From positions 1,924 to 65,923 of the forward strand of contig NZ_JAUYUS010000068.1 in NCBI RefSeq assembly GCF_030694575.1: a stretch of 64,000 nucleotides of DNA, given 5' to 3'. The notes below the pieces were generated by a model. It was not told where the DNA came from and searched no databases. It was given only the letters and a program-made list of their open reading frames with translations. The position numbers were made by a program, and so were the translations under genes. Shown piece by piece: positions 1 to 9,299 of this stretch. The stretch is from Parvibaculum sp. Lineage in GTDB: Bacteria; Pseudomonadota; Alphaproteobacteria; Parvibaculales; Parvibaculaceae. How positions within the stretch are numbered: the stretch's first letter is position 1; each line of letters opens with the position of its first letter.

Positions 1-50
1 ACAGGGTTCGAGAGCGAGCCGCACAACAGGTTCCGCCCTCGCCTCTCCGG

Positions 51-410
51 TTATTTTCCGAGATCGACCAGCGTCTTGAAGCCGCCATACATCATGCGCT
101 TCGGATCGAAGGGCATGGAGGAAGGCATCTTGCCGAGGCGCGGGTCGGCCATCACTTTTGCGTTCACCTTGTCGCGGTGAGCGCGCGACTTGTAGGTGAT
201 CCAGGAGAACATGACGGTTTCGCCCGGCTTCACCTTGATGCCTTTCGTGAAGCTCAACATGCCCTTGATGTTGAGATCGTCGCCGACGCATTCCTTGAAA
301 TCGAGCGCGCCATATTCCATCCAGATTTTCCCGGCCTTGCGCGCCATGCGCTTGTAGGCGTCGATATTCTTCTTCGGAACCGGCAACACAAATCCGTCTA
401 CATATGCCAT
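51..410 (-). CDS. DUF1428 (YbaA-like) family protein
   Basis: MAYVDGFVLPVP...YGALDFKECVGDD...PFDPKRMMYGGF matches the DUF1428 pattern. Confidence 0.9.
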   Translation of the reverse strand: MAYVDGFVLPVPKKNIDAYKRMARKAGKIWMEYGALDFKECVGDDLNIKGMLSFTKGIKVKPGETVMFSWITYKSRAHRDKVNAKVMADPRLGKMPSSMPFDPKRMMYGGFKTLVDLGK

Positions 411-442
411 TTGAACTCTCCTCCGATTGATCTTTGTCGACG

Positions 443-832
443 CTATTTCTTCCTGTCCGGCTTCGGCTTGGCTGTATCTTTCCGGCGCGCGGCTTTTCTT
501 TTGTCATCCGTTTCCAGAAAGGCCGCGAGCCGGTCCAGATTGGCGGCCCAGAAACGGCGATAGCGGTTCAGCCACTCCATCGCTTCCCTCATGGGTTCGG
601 CGTTGAGCGAGCAGGAAACGGTGCGGCCGGTCTTTCGCTTTTCGATGAGGCCGGCGTCGCTCAGCACATCGAGATGCTTCATCACCGCAGGCAGCGACAT
701 CGCGAACGGGCGAGCAAGTTCGCTGACGGAAAGGTCTTCGCCCGCTTCGAGCCGCGCAAGCAAGGCGCGCCGCGTCGGATCGGCAAGGGCGGCGAAGGTC
801 CGGTCGAGATGCCGGTCTTGATACTTAACCAT
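443..832 (-). CDS. ArsR/SmtB family transcriptional regulator
   Basis: LDRTFAALADPTRRALL...SLPAVMKHLDVLSDAGLI..KTGR winged HTH; start moved to ATG at 832 because a promoter lies directly upstream. Confidence 0.9.
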   Translation of the reverse strand: MVKYQDRHLDRTFAALADPTRRALLARLEAGEDLSVSELARPFAMSLPAVMKHLDVLSDAGLIEKRKTGRTVSCSLNAEPMREAMEWLNRYRRFWAANLDRLAAFLETDDKRKAARRKDTAKPKPDRKK

Positions 833-868
833 GTGGTAAAGTTTGAAGGCAAGCGGCGGCCCTGTCAA
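821..868 (-). promoter_or_regulatory. Sigma70-type promoter with overlapping imperfect palindrome (likely ArsR auto-operator)
   Basis: Minus strand TTGACA-N17-CAAACT-N7-ATG; palindrome ATACTTAACCATGTGGTAAAGTTT (821-844) covers the start codon. Confidence 0.6.
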
Positions 869-891
869 GGCTTGCCGTCATGGACCGGCCG

Positions 892-2307
892 TCAGTCCGC
901 CATCATGCGGCGGAGCGCCGTGTGGCGTGCGATCCGGCGTTCCAGCGCCGCGCGCAGCCTTGTCTGACGCTCCCGCGTGATCGGGTAGCGGAGGATGATT
1001 GCGATGGAAATGAGCCAGAGGACCAGCGGCACCATGCAATACATGGCGAGGAGCGCGAAAAGCGCCTCGGGCGAATTCTCGCGGGACTGGGCGCTGAAAC
1101 CCGCCCAGGCAAGGATCGGCAGGGCGAGACCGACGCCGACCGCCTCGAAAATCTTGCGGACCATACCGAGGAACGCAAACATGAAAGCCGCGCGCGGCTC
1201 TCCGCTCTTGATCGTGTCGAGATCGACGACGTCCGCCATGATGGAGGGGCCGAGGATAGGGGCCGCGCCGAGCGCAAGCCCCTGGATCACCGTGATGAAG
1301 AGGAGGCACCATATGACGGCTTCAGGCGCCACCGGCTTCACCAGATAGATGACGGCCGGAACGAGGGCGAAGACGAACATGGAGGCGATGCCCGCGGAAG
1401 CAATCGCCTTGTGCTTGCCCATGCGGCTGCCGAGCCAGACCCAGAAGGGCGAGCCGATGACGCCGGCAACGAAAAGCACGAAGATCAGAACGGTGCCCGC
1501 CTGTCCTATTTCAGCGACGTGATCGTAGAAGAAGATCACGACACCGATATTGATGGAGCCGGCAAGCGCGCCGAAGATCGAGCTAAGCAGGATGATACGG
1601 AACGGGCCGTTCTTCATCGCGACGCGAAGGCCGCGGCGGAAGGGAATTGTTTTCGTCTCGTGGATGCGCGGCTCAGGCACCGACGCGAAGACGATCAGGG
1701 CACAGATCGGCAGCATGAAGGCCGTCAGCCAGCCGAGCACACCGACTGCCGAACGGCTGGCCGCGCCCTCCTCCGCCGAGGTACCGCTCCAATAAGCGCC
1801 GACGATGGGCGCGGTGATGGCGATCAGAAGGCCGGCCAGCAGAAACATCTCGCGGCTGCCGGTGATGCGGTTGCGCTCGCTGTAGTCGCCCGAAAGTTCG
1901 GCGCCCCACGCGCCATAGGGAATTGTGATCAGCGTGTAGCCGAGATAGATCGCCGATATCCAGATGAGCAGATAGAGGTTCGATACTTCGCCCTGCGGTA
2001 CGAAGAGCATCAGGGCGGAGACGACCATGACGGGCACGCCCGCGATAATCCAAGGGCGCCTGCGCCCAAAGCGCGAGCGGGTGCGATCGGAAAGACGGCC
2101 GATCAGCGGATCCGTCACCACGTCGGAAATACGCGCCAGCATCAGGATGATGCCCACGGCGGCGAGGTCGAGACCGAGCGTGCTCGAATAGAAAGGCGGG
2201 AGATAGACCGCAACGGGCAAGCCGATGACCGCGAGCGGTACGACGAGCTGGCCATAGGCGATGAGCTGCCATGTCGTCAGGCGCGCTTGGCCCTTCTCCT
2301 CCGTCAT
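892..2307 (-). CDS. MFS transporter, glycoside-pentoside-hexuronide (MelB-like) family
   Basis: ARISDVVTDPLIGRLSDRTRSRFGRRRPW and PYGAWGAELSGDYSERNRI motifs; about 12 hydrophobic segments; GGAGG RBS before ATG 2307. Confidence 0.9.
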   Translation of the reverse strand: MTEEKGQARLTTWQLIAYGQLVVPLAVIGLPVAVYLPPFYSSTLGLDLAAVGIILMLARISDVVTDPLIGRLSDRTRSRFGRRRPWIIAGVPVMVVSALMLFVPQGEVSNLYLLIWISAIYLGYTLITIPYGAWGAELSGDYSERNRITGSREMFLLAGLLIAITAPIVGAYWSGTSAEEGAASRSAVGVLGWLTAFMLPICALIVFASVPEPRIHETKTIPFRRGLRVAMKNGPFRIILLSSIFGALAGSINIGVVIFFYDHVAEIGQAGTVLIFVLFVAGVIGSPFWVWLGSRMGKHKAIASAGIASMFVFALVPAVIYLVKPVAPEAVIWCLLFITVIQGLALGAAPILGPSIMADVVDLDTIKSGEPRAAFMFAFLGMVRKIFEAVGVGLALPILAWAGFSAQSRENSPEALFALLAMYCMVPLVLWLISIAIILRYPITRERQTRLRAALERRIARHTALRRMMAD

Positions 2308-2338
2308 CGTGCCACTCCTCCCAAAGCGCAACTAATAA

Positions 2339-2354
2339 AGATAGCTTACTATCT
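2339..2354. promoter_or_regulatory. Perfect inverted repeat, candidate operator upstream of the MFS gene
   Basis: AGATAG-CTTA-CTATCT about 30 bp upstream of the MFS start. Confidence 0.4.
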
Positions 2355-2512
2355 CTGCCGCAGGACGCAATGTCCGTCCGCCATATTGCGACCTATTTCG
2401 GTTCAGGCTGCGTTCAGCTTCAAAACGCGATTATCGCATCAACCGATGGGTCGAGAGTTCATCGGTGATGTTTCCAGCCGGGACTTTAATCGGGTGCGGA
2501 TGGGAACGTATT

Positions 2513-2553
2513 GGCGGCGTCCATTCCGTACCCCGTGGACGCCGCCTTTATTT
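2513..2553. terminator. Stem-loop immediately downstream of the GST gene
   Basis: GGCGGCGTCCA-N12-TGGACGCCGCC; the T-run is on the + strand only. Confidence 0.45.
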
Positions 2554-3165
2554 TTACGCCGCAGCGCTGGGCCTTTGCGAGACCCGCGCGTGCCAGGCCC
2601 GCAGGTTCGGCGCGTCTTCCGGCATTTTCAGCCCTGCAAAATCCGCAAAGTCGACCGTACAGAGCGCAGTGATGTCAGCGGCGGAGAAATAGTCTCCGGC
2701 GAGAAATTCGCGCCCCGCAAGCTCGCGGTCGAGCCAGCGGAAGGCCGCAGTGGCGGCTTCGCGGTTCGACTCGCCGAAGTCGTTGAACTGCTTCACAACC
2801 TTCGCCGTGTAAGGGTGCGCGTGGCGCCAGAAATTCCCTATCGGCCCCATCAGCGCGAATTCGACGCGGCGGAGCCACATGTCGACCTGCGCGCGTTCGA
2901 GGGCAGTACGGCCGAAGAGAGGTTTCTCCGGGTACGTCTCCTCCAGGTAGCGGCAGATCGAGACGCTTTCGGAAATGGTCGTGCCGTCATCGAGTTCAAG
3001 GACCGGCGTCTGGCCGAGCGAATTTTTCTCGCGAAAGGCGTCCGACTTGTGCTCACGCTTTGCCAGCGCGACCTCCTCAAGCGGCAGGTCGATGCCTTTT
3101 TCGGCGGCGAATATGCGGACGCGGCGCGGATTGGGCGCGGGCATGGCCGAGTTGTAAAGCTTCAC
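2554..3165 (-). CDS. Glutathione S-transferase family protein
   Basis: APNPRRVRIF, GQTPVLELDDGTTISESVSICRYLE, FLAGDYFSAADI. Confidence 0.92.
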   Translation of the reverse strand: MKLYNSAMPAPNPRRVRIFAAEKGIDLPLEEVALAKREHKSDAFREKNSLGQTPVLELDDGTTISESVSICRYLEETYPEKPLFGRTALERAQVDMWLRRVEFALMGPIGNFWRHAHPYTAKVVKQFNDFGESNREAATAAFRWLDRELAGREFLAGDYFSAADITALCTVDFADFAGLKMPEDAPNLRAWHARVSQRPSAAA

Positions 3166-3190
3166 GACAGTTCCTCCCCTTGTTTTTCTG

Positions 3191-4459
3191 TTAAACGATG
3201 AGGCCGATCACCGCGCCGGTCATCGAGGTCGCGAGGGTGCCGGAGATGAGGGCACGCGGCGCAAGCGCCACGATCTCGGAGCGGCGCGAGGGCGCGATGG
3301 CAGTGAGGCCGCCGATCATGATGCCGACGCTTGCCGGATTGGCGAAGCCGCACAGCGCGTAGACTATGATGAGGCGCGAGCGTTCGCTCAGGCCCGCGCC
3401 GGCTTCTCCCGCCAGCGCGATATAGGCGAGAAGTTCGTTCAGGATCGTCTTGACGCCCATGATCTGCCCGGCTGCGGGCGCCTCCGTCCACGGTACGCCC
3501 ATCAGCCAGACGAGCGGTGCGAAGGCCCAGCCGAAGAGGCGCTGGAGCGTGAGCGGCGCCTCGCCGACATCGGGCAGCAGTGCCAGCAGAACATTGAGGA
3601 GCGCGACGAAGGCGACCATCACCAGCAGCATGGCGATAATGTTGAGCAGCAGATGAAGCCCCTCGAAGGTGCCGCGCGTGAGGGCGTCCATGCTGTTTTC
3701 ATAGTCGACCACGGGCACATCGTCGCCGACGCCGGTGGGCGTGCGTCCCGCCTCCTCCGGCACCATCAGGCGTGCGATCAGCAGGGCGGCGGGGAGCGAG
3801 ATGAGCGAGGCCGTGACGATCTGGCCGAGCGATCCCGGCACGACGGGCGCGATGATGCTGGCATAGAGGAAGAGAACGGTGCCCGCGACGGTGGCAAGGC
3901 CGACCGTCATGACGGCAAAGAGTTCGGAACGGGAGAGACGCTCCAGATAGGGCTTGATGAGGAGCGGCGCTTCCACCATGCCGACAAAGACATTGGCGGC
4001 AGAGGCAAGGCCGACCGCGCCGCCGATGCCCATGGTCTTGCGCAGCAGAACCGCGAAGCCCCGCGTGACGACCGGCAGGACCCGCCAGTACCAGAGGAGC
4101 GCGGAGAGCGCCGACATGAAGAGGACGAGAGGCAAGGCCTGGAAGGCGAGGACGAAGCTGTTTTGCGGGTGCGCAACCTCGAAGGGCGCGGCACCGCCGC
4201 CGACATAGCCGAAGACGAAGCCGGTGCCGGCGGAGGTCGCCGCCATCAGCGCTTCCACGACGCCGTTGAGGCCGACCAGCGCGTCGCGCGCCAGCGGCAG
4301 CTTCAGCAGGATCAGCGCCACGCCGATCTGGAGAGCGAGAGCGATGGCGACATCGACCGCCAGGTAGCGGCGGGAGGCGCGGCGGTTCTCGCTCAGCACC
4401 CAGGCAAGGCCGATAATGGCCGCGAGCCCGAGGGCGCTCTGGAGAGACAAAAGGGTCAT
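3191..4459 (-). CDS. nupC: Concentrative nucleoside transporter (NupC/CNT family)
   Basis: AANVFVGMVEAPLLIKPYL, MTVGLATVAG, KTILNELLAY, YALCGFAN motifs; start at MTLLSLQ. Confidence 0.9.
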   Translation of the reverse strand: MTLLSLQSALGLAAIIGLAWVLSENRRASRRYLAVDVAIALALQIGVALILLKLPLARDALVGLNGVVEALMAATSAGTGFVFGYVGGGAAPFEVAHPQNSFVLAFQALPLVLFMSALSALLWYWRVLPVVTRGFAVLLRKTMGIGGAVGLASAANVFVGMVEAPLLIKPYLERLSRSELFAVMTVGLATVAGTVLFLYASIIAPVVPGSLGQIVTASLISLPAALLIARLMVPEEAGRTPTGVGDDVPVVDYENSMDALTRGTFEGLHLLLNIIAMLLVMVAFVALLNVLLALLPDVGEAPLTLQRLFGWAFAPLVWLMGVPWTEAPAAGQIMGVKTILNELLAYIALAGEAGAGLSERSRLIIVYALCGFANPASVGIMIGGLTAIAPSRRSEIVALAPRALISGTLATSMTGAVIGLIV

Positions 4460-4680
4460 AAAAGGGAGCTTTCCGGCAGGGATTCGCGGCTTTTGGCGGG
4501 TGCCGACATCATAGGGGGCCGGTCGCAGAGCGCAATGGAACCGCCCGGCAGGGCTTCCCTTGACCCTCGCACGGCTCTCATGCACAAAGTCCCCGCAAGT
4601 TTCCCATGGGCCACGCCCCAAGCCCCGAAAGCGGGCATTCCGGCGGCCCCGCCCCACCTGTTCAACTGGAGAAAAGACCC

Positions 4681-5586
4681 ATGAGCATTCGTTTTGACGG
4701 CAAGGTCGCCATCGTGACGGGCGCAGGCGGCGGCCTCGGCCGTTCCCACGCGCTGGAACTCGCGCGGCGCGGCGCCAAGGTTGTCGTGAACGACCTCGGC
4801 GGCGACCGGACCGGCGCCGGCGGCTCTTCCGACGCGGCCAACAAGGTGGTCGAGGAAATCAAGGCGCTGGGCGGCGAGGCGATCGCCAACGGTTCGTCGG
4901 TGACGGACGACGAGGGCGTCCAGAACATGGTCAAGCAGACCATGGACAAGTTCGGCCGCATCGACATCCTCATCAACAATGCCGGCATCCTGCGCGACAA
5001 GTCGTTTTCGAAGATGGAAATCGCAGACTTCCAGCTCGTCGTCGATGTGCACCTCATGGGCACCGTAAAGCCGACCAAGGCGGTGTGGGAAATCATGAAG
5101 GAGCAGAATTACGGCCGCATCGTCGTGACCGCCTCCTCGACCGGCCTCTACGGCAATTTCGGCCAGACAAACTACGGCGCGGCAAAGCTCGCGGTTGTGG
5201 GCTTCATCAACACGCTGAAGCTGGAAGGCCAGAAGAACAACATTCACTGCAACGCGCTGGCGCCCGTCGCCTATACGCGGATGACCTCCGACCTGATGCC
5301 GCCGGAAGCCGAAGAGATGCTGACGCCAGACGCCGTGTCGCCGGGTGTCATGTTCCTCGTCTCGGAAGACGCGCCGACCGGCATGATCCTCTGCGCGGGT
5401 GCCGGCGTGTTCGCCGCCGCGCGCATGGAAGAAGCCGAAGGCATTTTCCTCGGCCGCGAAGGCCTCACGGCCGAAAAGGTCGCCGAGAACTGGGGCAAGA
5501 TTTCCGACTTCTCGAACGCCACCCCCTTCTTCATGGGCGGCGAGCAGACCGGCAAGTTCTTCAAGCTGGCGACGGGCGGCAAGTAA
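4681..5586 (+). CDS. SDR family oxidoreductase (hydroxyacyl-CoA dehydrogenase / MFE-2 N-domain-like)
   Basis: TGAGGGLG, VVVNDLGG, NNAGILRDKSF, GNFGQTNYGAAK. Confidence 0.9.
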   Translation: MSIRFDGKVAIVTGAGGGLGRSHALELARRGAKVVVNDLGGDRTGAGGSSDAANKVVEEIKALGGEAIANGSSVTDDEGVQNMVKQTMDKFGRIDILINNAGILRDKSFSKMEIADFQLVVDVHLMGTVKPTKAVWEIMKEQNYGRIVVTASSTGLYGNFGQTNYGAAKLAVVGFINTLKLEGQKNNIHCNALAPVAYTRMTSDLMPPEAEEMLTPDAVSPGVMFLVSEDAPTGMILCAGAGVFAAARMEEAEGIFLGREGLTAEKVAENWGKISDFSNATPFFMGGEQTGKFFKLATGGK

Positions 5587-5608
5587 GCCTCTCCGCCGGA
5601 CGGACGAC

Positions 5609-5640
5609 AAAGGGGAACCTTCCGGGTTCCCCTTTTTCTT
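5609..5640 (+). terminator. Intrinsic terminator
   Basis: AAAGGGGAACC-TTCCG-GGTTCCCCTTTTTCTT after the SDR stop. Confidence 0.8.
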
Positions 5641-5662
5641 TGGCGGCGCCTATAGTGCTGCG

Positions 5663-7564
5663 ATGCTGAACCGGGCTCTCTTCGCTCTTGCGGCGCTTTT
5701 CCTTTCGATCTGCGGCTTCCCTTCCGGCGCCGCAGCCACGCCGTCATTCGAGGTCGACCGGCCGGTGATGTTCGGCGGGCTCGACTGGGATTCCAACGCC
5801 TTCCACACCGAACTCGCGCGCGTCATTCTCGAACGCGGCTATGGCTGCGAGACGGATGTGCTGCCGGGCTCGACGCTGCCGCTCGTGACGGGGCTCGGAC
5901 AGGGCGATATCGACGTGCTGATGGAAATCTGGCGCGACAATGTCACGGAGCCGTGGAACGAAGCGCTGGAAGCCGGGACCGTGGTTTCGCTCGGCACAAA
6001 TTTTCCGGATGCGGTGCAGGGCTGGTATGTGCCGCGCTATGTGGTGGAGGGCGACGCGGCGCGCGGCATCGAGCCGATGGCGCCAGATCTCCGGTCCGTC
6101 TCCGATCTCAAACAGTACGCTGCCCTGTTTCGCGATCCTGAGCAGCCGGGCAAGGGACGCTTCTACAATTGCATTCTCGGCTGGAGCTGCGAGGAGCAGA
6201 GCACACGCAAGCTCGAAGGGTATGGGCTCGACCGCTTCTATACGAACTTCCGGCCCGGAACCGGAGCGGCACTCGCCGCCGCCATCGCTTCCGCCTATGA
6301 GCGCGGCGAACCCGTCGTCGCCTATTACTGGGGACCGACATGGGTTCTCGGCGCATTCGACCTCGTGAAGCTCGAAGAGCCGGCCTGGTCGGAAGAGGCG
6401 TGGAACGCCTTCAACGCCGACCCGAAGCGGAACCCGCCCGTCGCCTTTCCGACCGTCGAGGTCATCATCGGCGCGAATGCAAGGTTCGCGGAGAGGGCGC
6501 CGGAGGTCGCGGCCTTTCTGCGCGCCTACGAGACGACGGGGCAGATGGTGAGCGAAGCGCTCGCCTATATGCAAGCGAACAGGGACGCGTCGGCGCGGGA
6601 TGCGGCGCTGCACTTCATCGAGACGCGGCCGGACATCTGGCGGCAATGGGTGACGCCCGAGATCGCGGCGCGGGTGACCGGCGAACGGGAGGCGGAAGCG
6701 CGAAGCTTTCCGTTGGCGCTCGAATTTCCCGTCGAGGCATGGGTCAATCGCGCGATGAAGAATTTTGTCGCGGACTATGGCAACGCTTTCCATGCGGCGA
6801 GTGGCTGGTTGCTCGCGCTCATCGTGGCGCTCGAGGCGGGCCTCGGCGCCCTGCCCTGGTGGCTTATCATCCTCGCGGTTGCCGGGGCGGCCTGGCACGC
6901 CTCGCGGCGGATCGTGCTGCCCGTCGCACTGGCGGCGCTGTTGTTCCTGATCGGCGCGCTGGGGCTCTGGGATCTTGCGATACAGACGCTGGCGCTGATG
7001 CTCGTGTCGGTCTTCTTCGCGGTGCTGATAGGTCTGCCTTCGGGGATCGCGATCGCGGCCAGCGACCTCGCACGGCGGATCGTGTTGCCCGTGCTCGATG
7101 CGATGCAGACGCTGCCGAGCTTCGTCTATCTCATTCCGGCGCTGATGCTGTTCGGGCTCGGCAAGGTGCCTGCGCTCTTTGCGACGCTCATCTATGCAAC
7201 GCCACCGCTGATCCGGCTGGTCGATCTCGGCTTGAGAACAGTGGACCGGCAGCTGGTGGAGATGGCCGCCGATCTCGGCGCCGACAAGTGGCGGCAACTC
7301 ATCGACATCAAACTGCCGCTGTCGCTGCCGAGCATCATGGCGGGGGTCAACCAGACGACGATGATGGCGCTCTCCATGGTCGTCATTGCCTCGATGATCG
7401 GGGCGCGCGGGCTCGGCGAGGAAGTGCTGCTCGGCATCCAGCGCCTCGATATCGGGCGCGGGCTGGCGGCGGGCATCGCGATCGTCGCGCTCGCCATCGT
7501 GTTCGACCGGATCACGCAGGCCTATGGACGCGTGAAGCGCAAAGATGCGCCACTGCCGCGCTAG
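5663..7564 (+). CDS. Fused glycine betaine/proline ABC substrate-binding (ProX-like) plus permease (ProW-like) protein
   Basis: Signal-peptide-like N-terminus; WDSNAFH..GDIDVLMEIW..YYWGPTW binding domain, then LDAMQTLPSFVYLIP..GVNQTTMMALSMVVIASMIGARGLG permease. Confidence 0.88.
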   Translation: MLNRALFALAALFLSICGFPSGAAATPSFEVDRPVMFGGLDWDSNAFHTELARVILERGYGCETDVLPGSTLPLVTGLGQGDIDVLMEIWRDNVTEPWNEALEAGTVVSLGTNFPDAVQGWYVPRYVVEGDAARGIEPMAPDLRSVSDLKQYAALFRDPEQPGKGRFYNCILGWSCEEQSTRKLEGYGLDRFYTNFRPGTGAALAAAIASAYERGEPVVAYYWGPTWVLGAFDLVKLEEPAWSEEAWNAFNADPKRNPPVAFPTVEVIIGANARFAERAPEVAAFLRAYETTGQMVSEALAYMQANRDASARDAALHFIETRPDIWRQWVTPEIAARVTGEREAEARSFPLALEFPVEAWVNRAMKNFVADYGNAFHAASGWLLALIVALEAGLGALPWWLIILAVAGAAWHASRRIVLPVALAALLFLIGALGLWDLAIQTLALMLVSVFFAVLIGLPSGIAIAASDLARRIVLPVLDAMQTLPSFVYLIPALMLFGLGKVPALFATLIYATPPLIRLVDLGLRTVDRQLVEMAADLGADKWRQLIDIKLPLSLPSIMAGVNQTTMMALSMVVIASMIGARGLGEEVLLGIQRLDIGRGLAAGIAIVALAIVFDRITQAYGRVKRKDAPLPR

Positions 7565-7572
7565 CTCACGAG

Positions 7573-7605
7573 AAGAAAACGGGGGCGGAATTTCTTCCGC
7601 CCCCG
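7573..7605 (-). terminator. Intrinsic terminator for the minus-strand ECH-ABM-ACAD run
   Basis: GGGGGCGGAA-N4-TTCCGCCCCC with a U-rich tail on the minus strand. Confidence 0.7.
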
Positions 7606-7632
7606 GACTGTCAGATAATCATCTGGCGATGC

Positions 7633-8841
7633 TCAAAGCCCGAGCACGGCCTTCGCCATGATGTTGCGCTGGACCTCATTGGAGCCGGCATAGATCGACG
7701 CCTTGCGCAGCGAGAAGTAATAAGGCGCAACGGTGAAGGCATTCTTGGGGCCGATGTCGGGCTCGTTGGTCTCGATCATGCCATCCTCGACGAAGGGGAT
7801 GGTGTAGTGACCGAGCACTTCGACCGCGAGCTGCGAAACCGCCTGCTGGATTTCCGTGCCGCGGCACTTCAGCAGCGAGGATTCCGGGCCGACATTTCCG
7901 CCGGTCGAGAGCGCAGAGAAGATGCGCAATTCCGTGAACTCCATCGCCAGTATCTGCGACTCGAGATCGGCGACGCGGGCCTTGAATTCCGGGTCGTCGG
8001 CGAGCGTGCCGCCATCGACCATGGTTTCCTTCGCCATCTTTTTCGTCTTGGCGACGGCGCGGTAGAGGCCGGCCGAGTAGGGATTGCCGCGTTCGAATTC
8101 GAGCAGGTACTTGGCGTAGGTCCAGCCCTTGTTCTCCTCGCCGATACGATTTTCCATCGGCACCTTCACGTCGGTGAAGAAGACCTGGTTCACTTCCTGG
8201 TGGGGGCCCGGCGTGCCGTCGAGCAGCACCAGCGGCTCCACCTTCACGCCCGGCGTCTTCATGTCGATCAGAAGGAAGGAAATGCCTTCCTGGGGCTTCC
8301 CTTCTTTCGAAGTGCGGACGAGGCAGAAAATCCAGTCAGCCCACTGCGCCACCGAGGTCCAGATCTTGGAACCGTTGACGAGGTAGTGGTCGCCCTTGTT
8401 CTCGGCCTTGGTCTGCAGCGAGGCGAGGTCGGAACCGGCGCCCGGCTCCGAATAGCCCTGACACCAGAGGACGTTGGTTTCGAGAATGTCCGGCAGGAAG
8501 CGCTTCTTCTGTTCGGGTGTGCCAAACTTCATGATGACGGGGGCCACCATGGTCGGGCCGAAGGGAATGGTGTGCGGCACGCCGGCGCGGCCCATCTCCA
8601 CGTCGAAGATATATTTCTGCGAGGCGGTGAAACCCGGCCCGCCATATTCCGTCGGCCAGTTGGGCGCAAGCCAGCCCTTCTTCGCCAGTGCCTTCTGCCA
8701 CTTCACATGGTTTTCCTTGTCCATGTAGCCGTGCTTCGAGCGCGCGTGCTTCGCGCGCATCTCCGGCGTGTAGCTCTCTTCGATAAACTGACGAACTTCC
8801 TGACGGAAGGCTTCGTCTTCCTTGCTGAATGCGAGATCCAT
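7633..8841 (-). CDS. Acyl-CoA dehydrogenase (PimC-like large subunit)
   Basis: WCQGYSEPGAGSDLASL, NGSKIWTS, KASIYAGSNEVQRNIMAK. Confidence 0.92.
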   Translation of the reverse strand: MDLAFSKEDEAFRQEVRQFIEESYTPEMRAKHARSKHGYMDKENHVKWQKALAKKGWLAPNWPTEYGGPGFTASQKYIFDVEMGRAGVPHTIPFGPTMVAPVIMKFGTPEQKKRFLPDILETNVLWCQGYSEPGAGSDLASLQTKAENKGDHYLVNGSKIWTSVAQWADWIFCLVRTSKEGKPQEGISFLLIDMKTPGVKVEPLVLLDGTPGPHQEVNQVFFTDVKVPMENRIGEENKGWTYAKYLLEFERGNPYSAGLYRAVAKTKKMAKETMVDGGTLADDPEFKARVADLESQILAMEFTELRIFSALSTGGNVGPESSLLKCRGTEIQQAVSQLAVEVLGHYTIPFVEDGMIETNEPDIGPKNAFTVAPYYFSLRKASIYAGSNEVQRNIMAKAVLGL

Positions 8842-8864
8842 GATGCGCTTTCCCGGTTAGCCGT

Positions 8865-9161
8865 TCATTCGACCTTGTCGAGGAAAAGAAGTGTCGGCGC
8901 TCCGCCGAGGACCGCGCCGAGGGCGGGGCCGGCCGCACGGAAATATTCCGTCTTGCCATGCGCGTCGAGGTCGGCCTGCGAGGCATATTGCTCCATGACG
9001 ACGAAGGTGGAGGGTTCCGACTTCGACTTGAAGAAATCGTACTGGAGGCAGCCCTTCTCGTTCGCCTTCACCTTCGAGCGCAGTTCGCCGAAGACCTTCT
9101 CGAATTCCGCTTCCTTGCCCGGCTGGACCTTAAGGGTCGCCACTACACCGATGACACTCAT
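8865..9161 (-). CDS. Antibiotic biosynthesis monooxygenase (putative quinol monooxygenase) family protein
   Basis: VVATLKVQPGKEAEFE..EKGCLQYDF..FVVMEQYASQADLDAHGKT. Confidence 0.88.
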   Translation of the reverse strand: MSVIGVVATLKVQPGKEAEFEKVFGELRSKVKANEKGCLQYDFFKSKSEPSTFVVMEQYASQADLDAHGKTEYFRAAGPALGAVLGGAPTLLFLDKVE

Positions 9162-9299
9162 GTTTCGCTCCCGTTTGCTGGGCCTGACGCCCGTGTTCTG
9201 TTGCCGGGGACTTTAGGGGCAAAGCTCCCCCGCTTCAATGCGCGGGCCGCCGCGGGCTGTTCGCCCGCTGCGGCGGCCCTGTTCAGTTTCGAACGGTTC

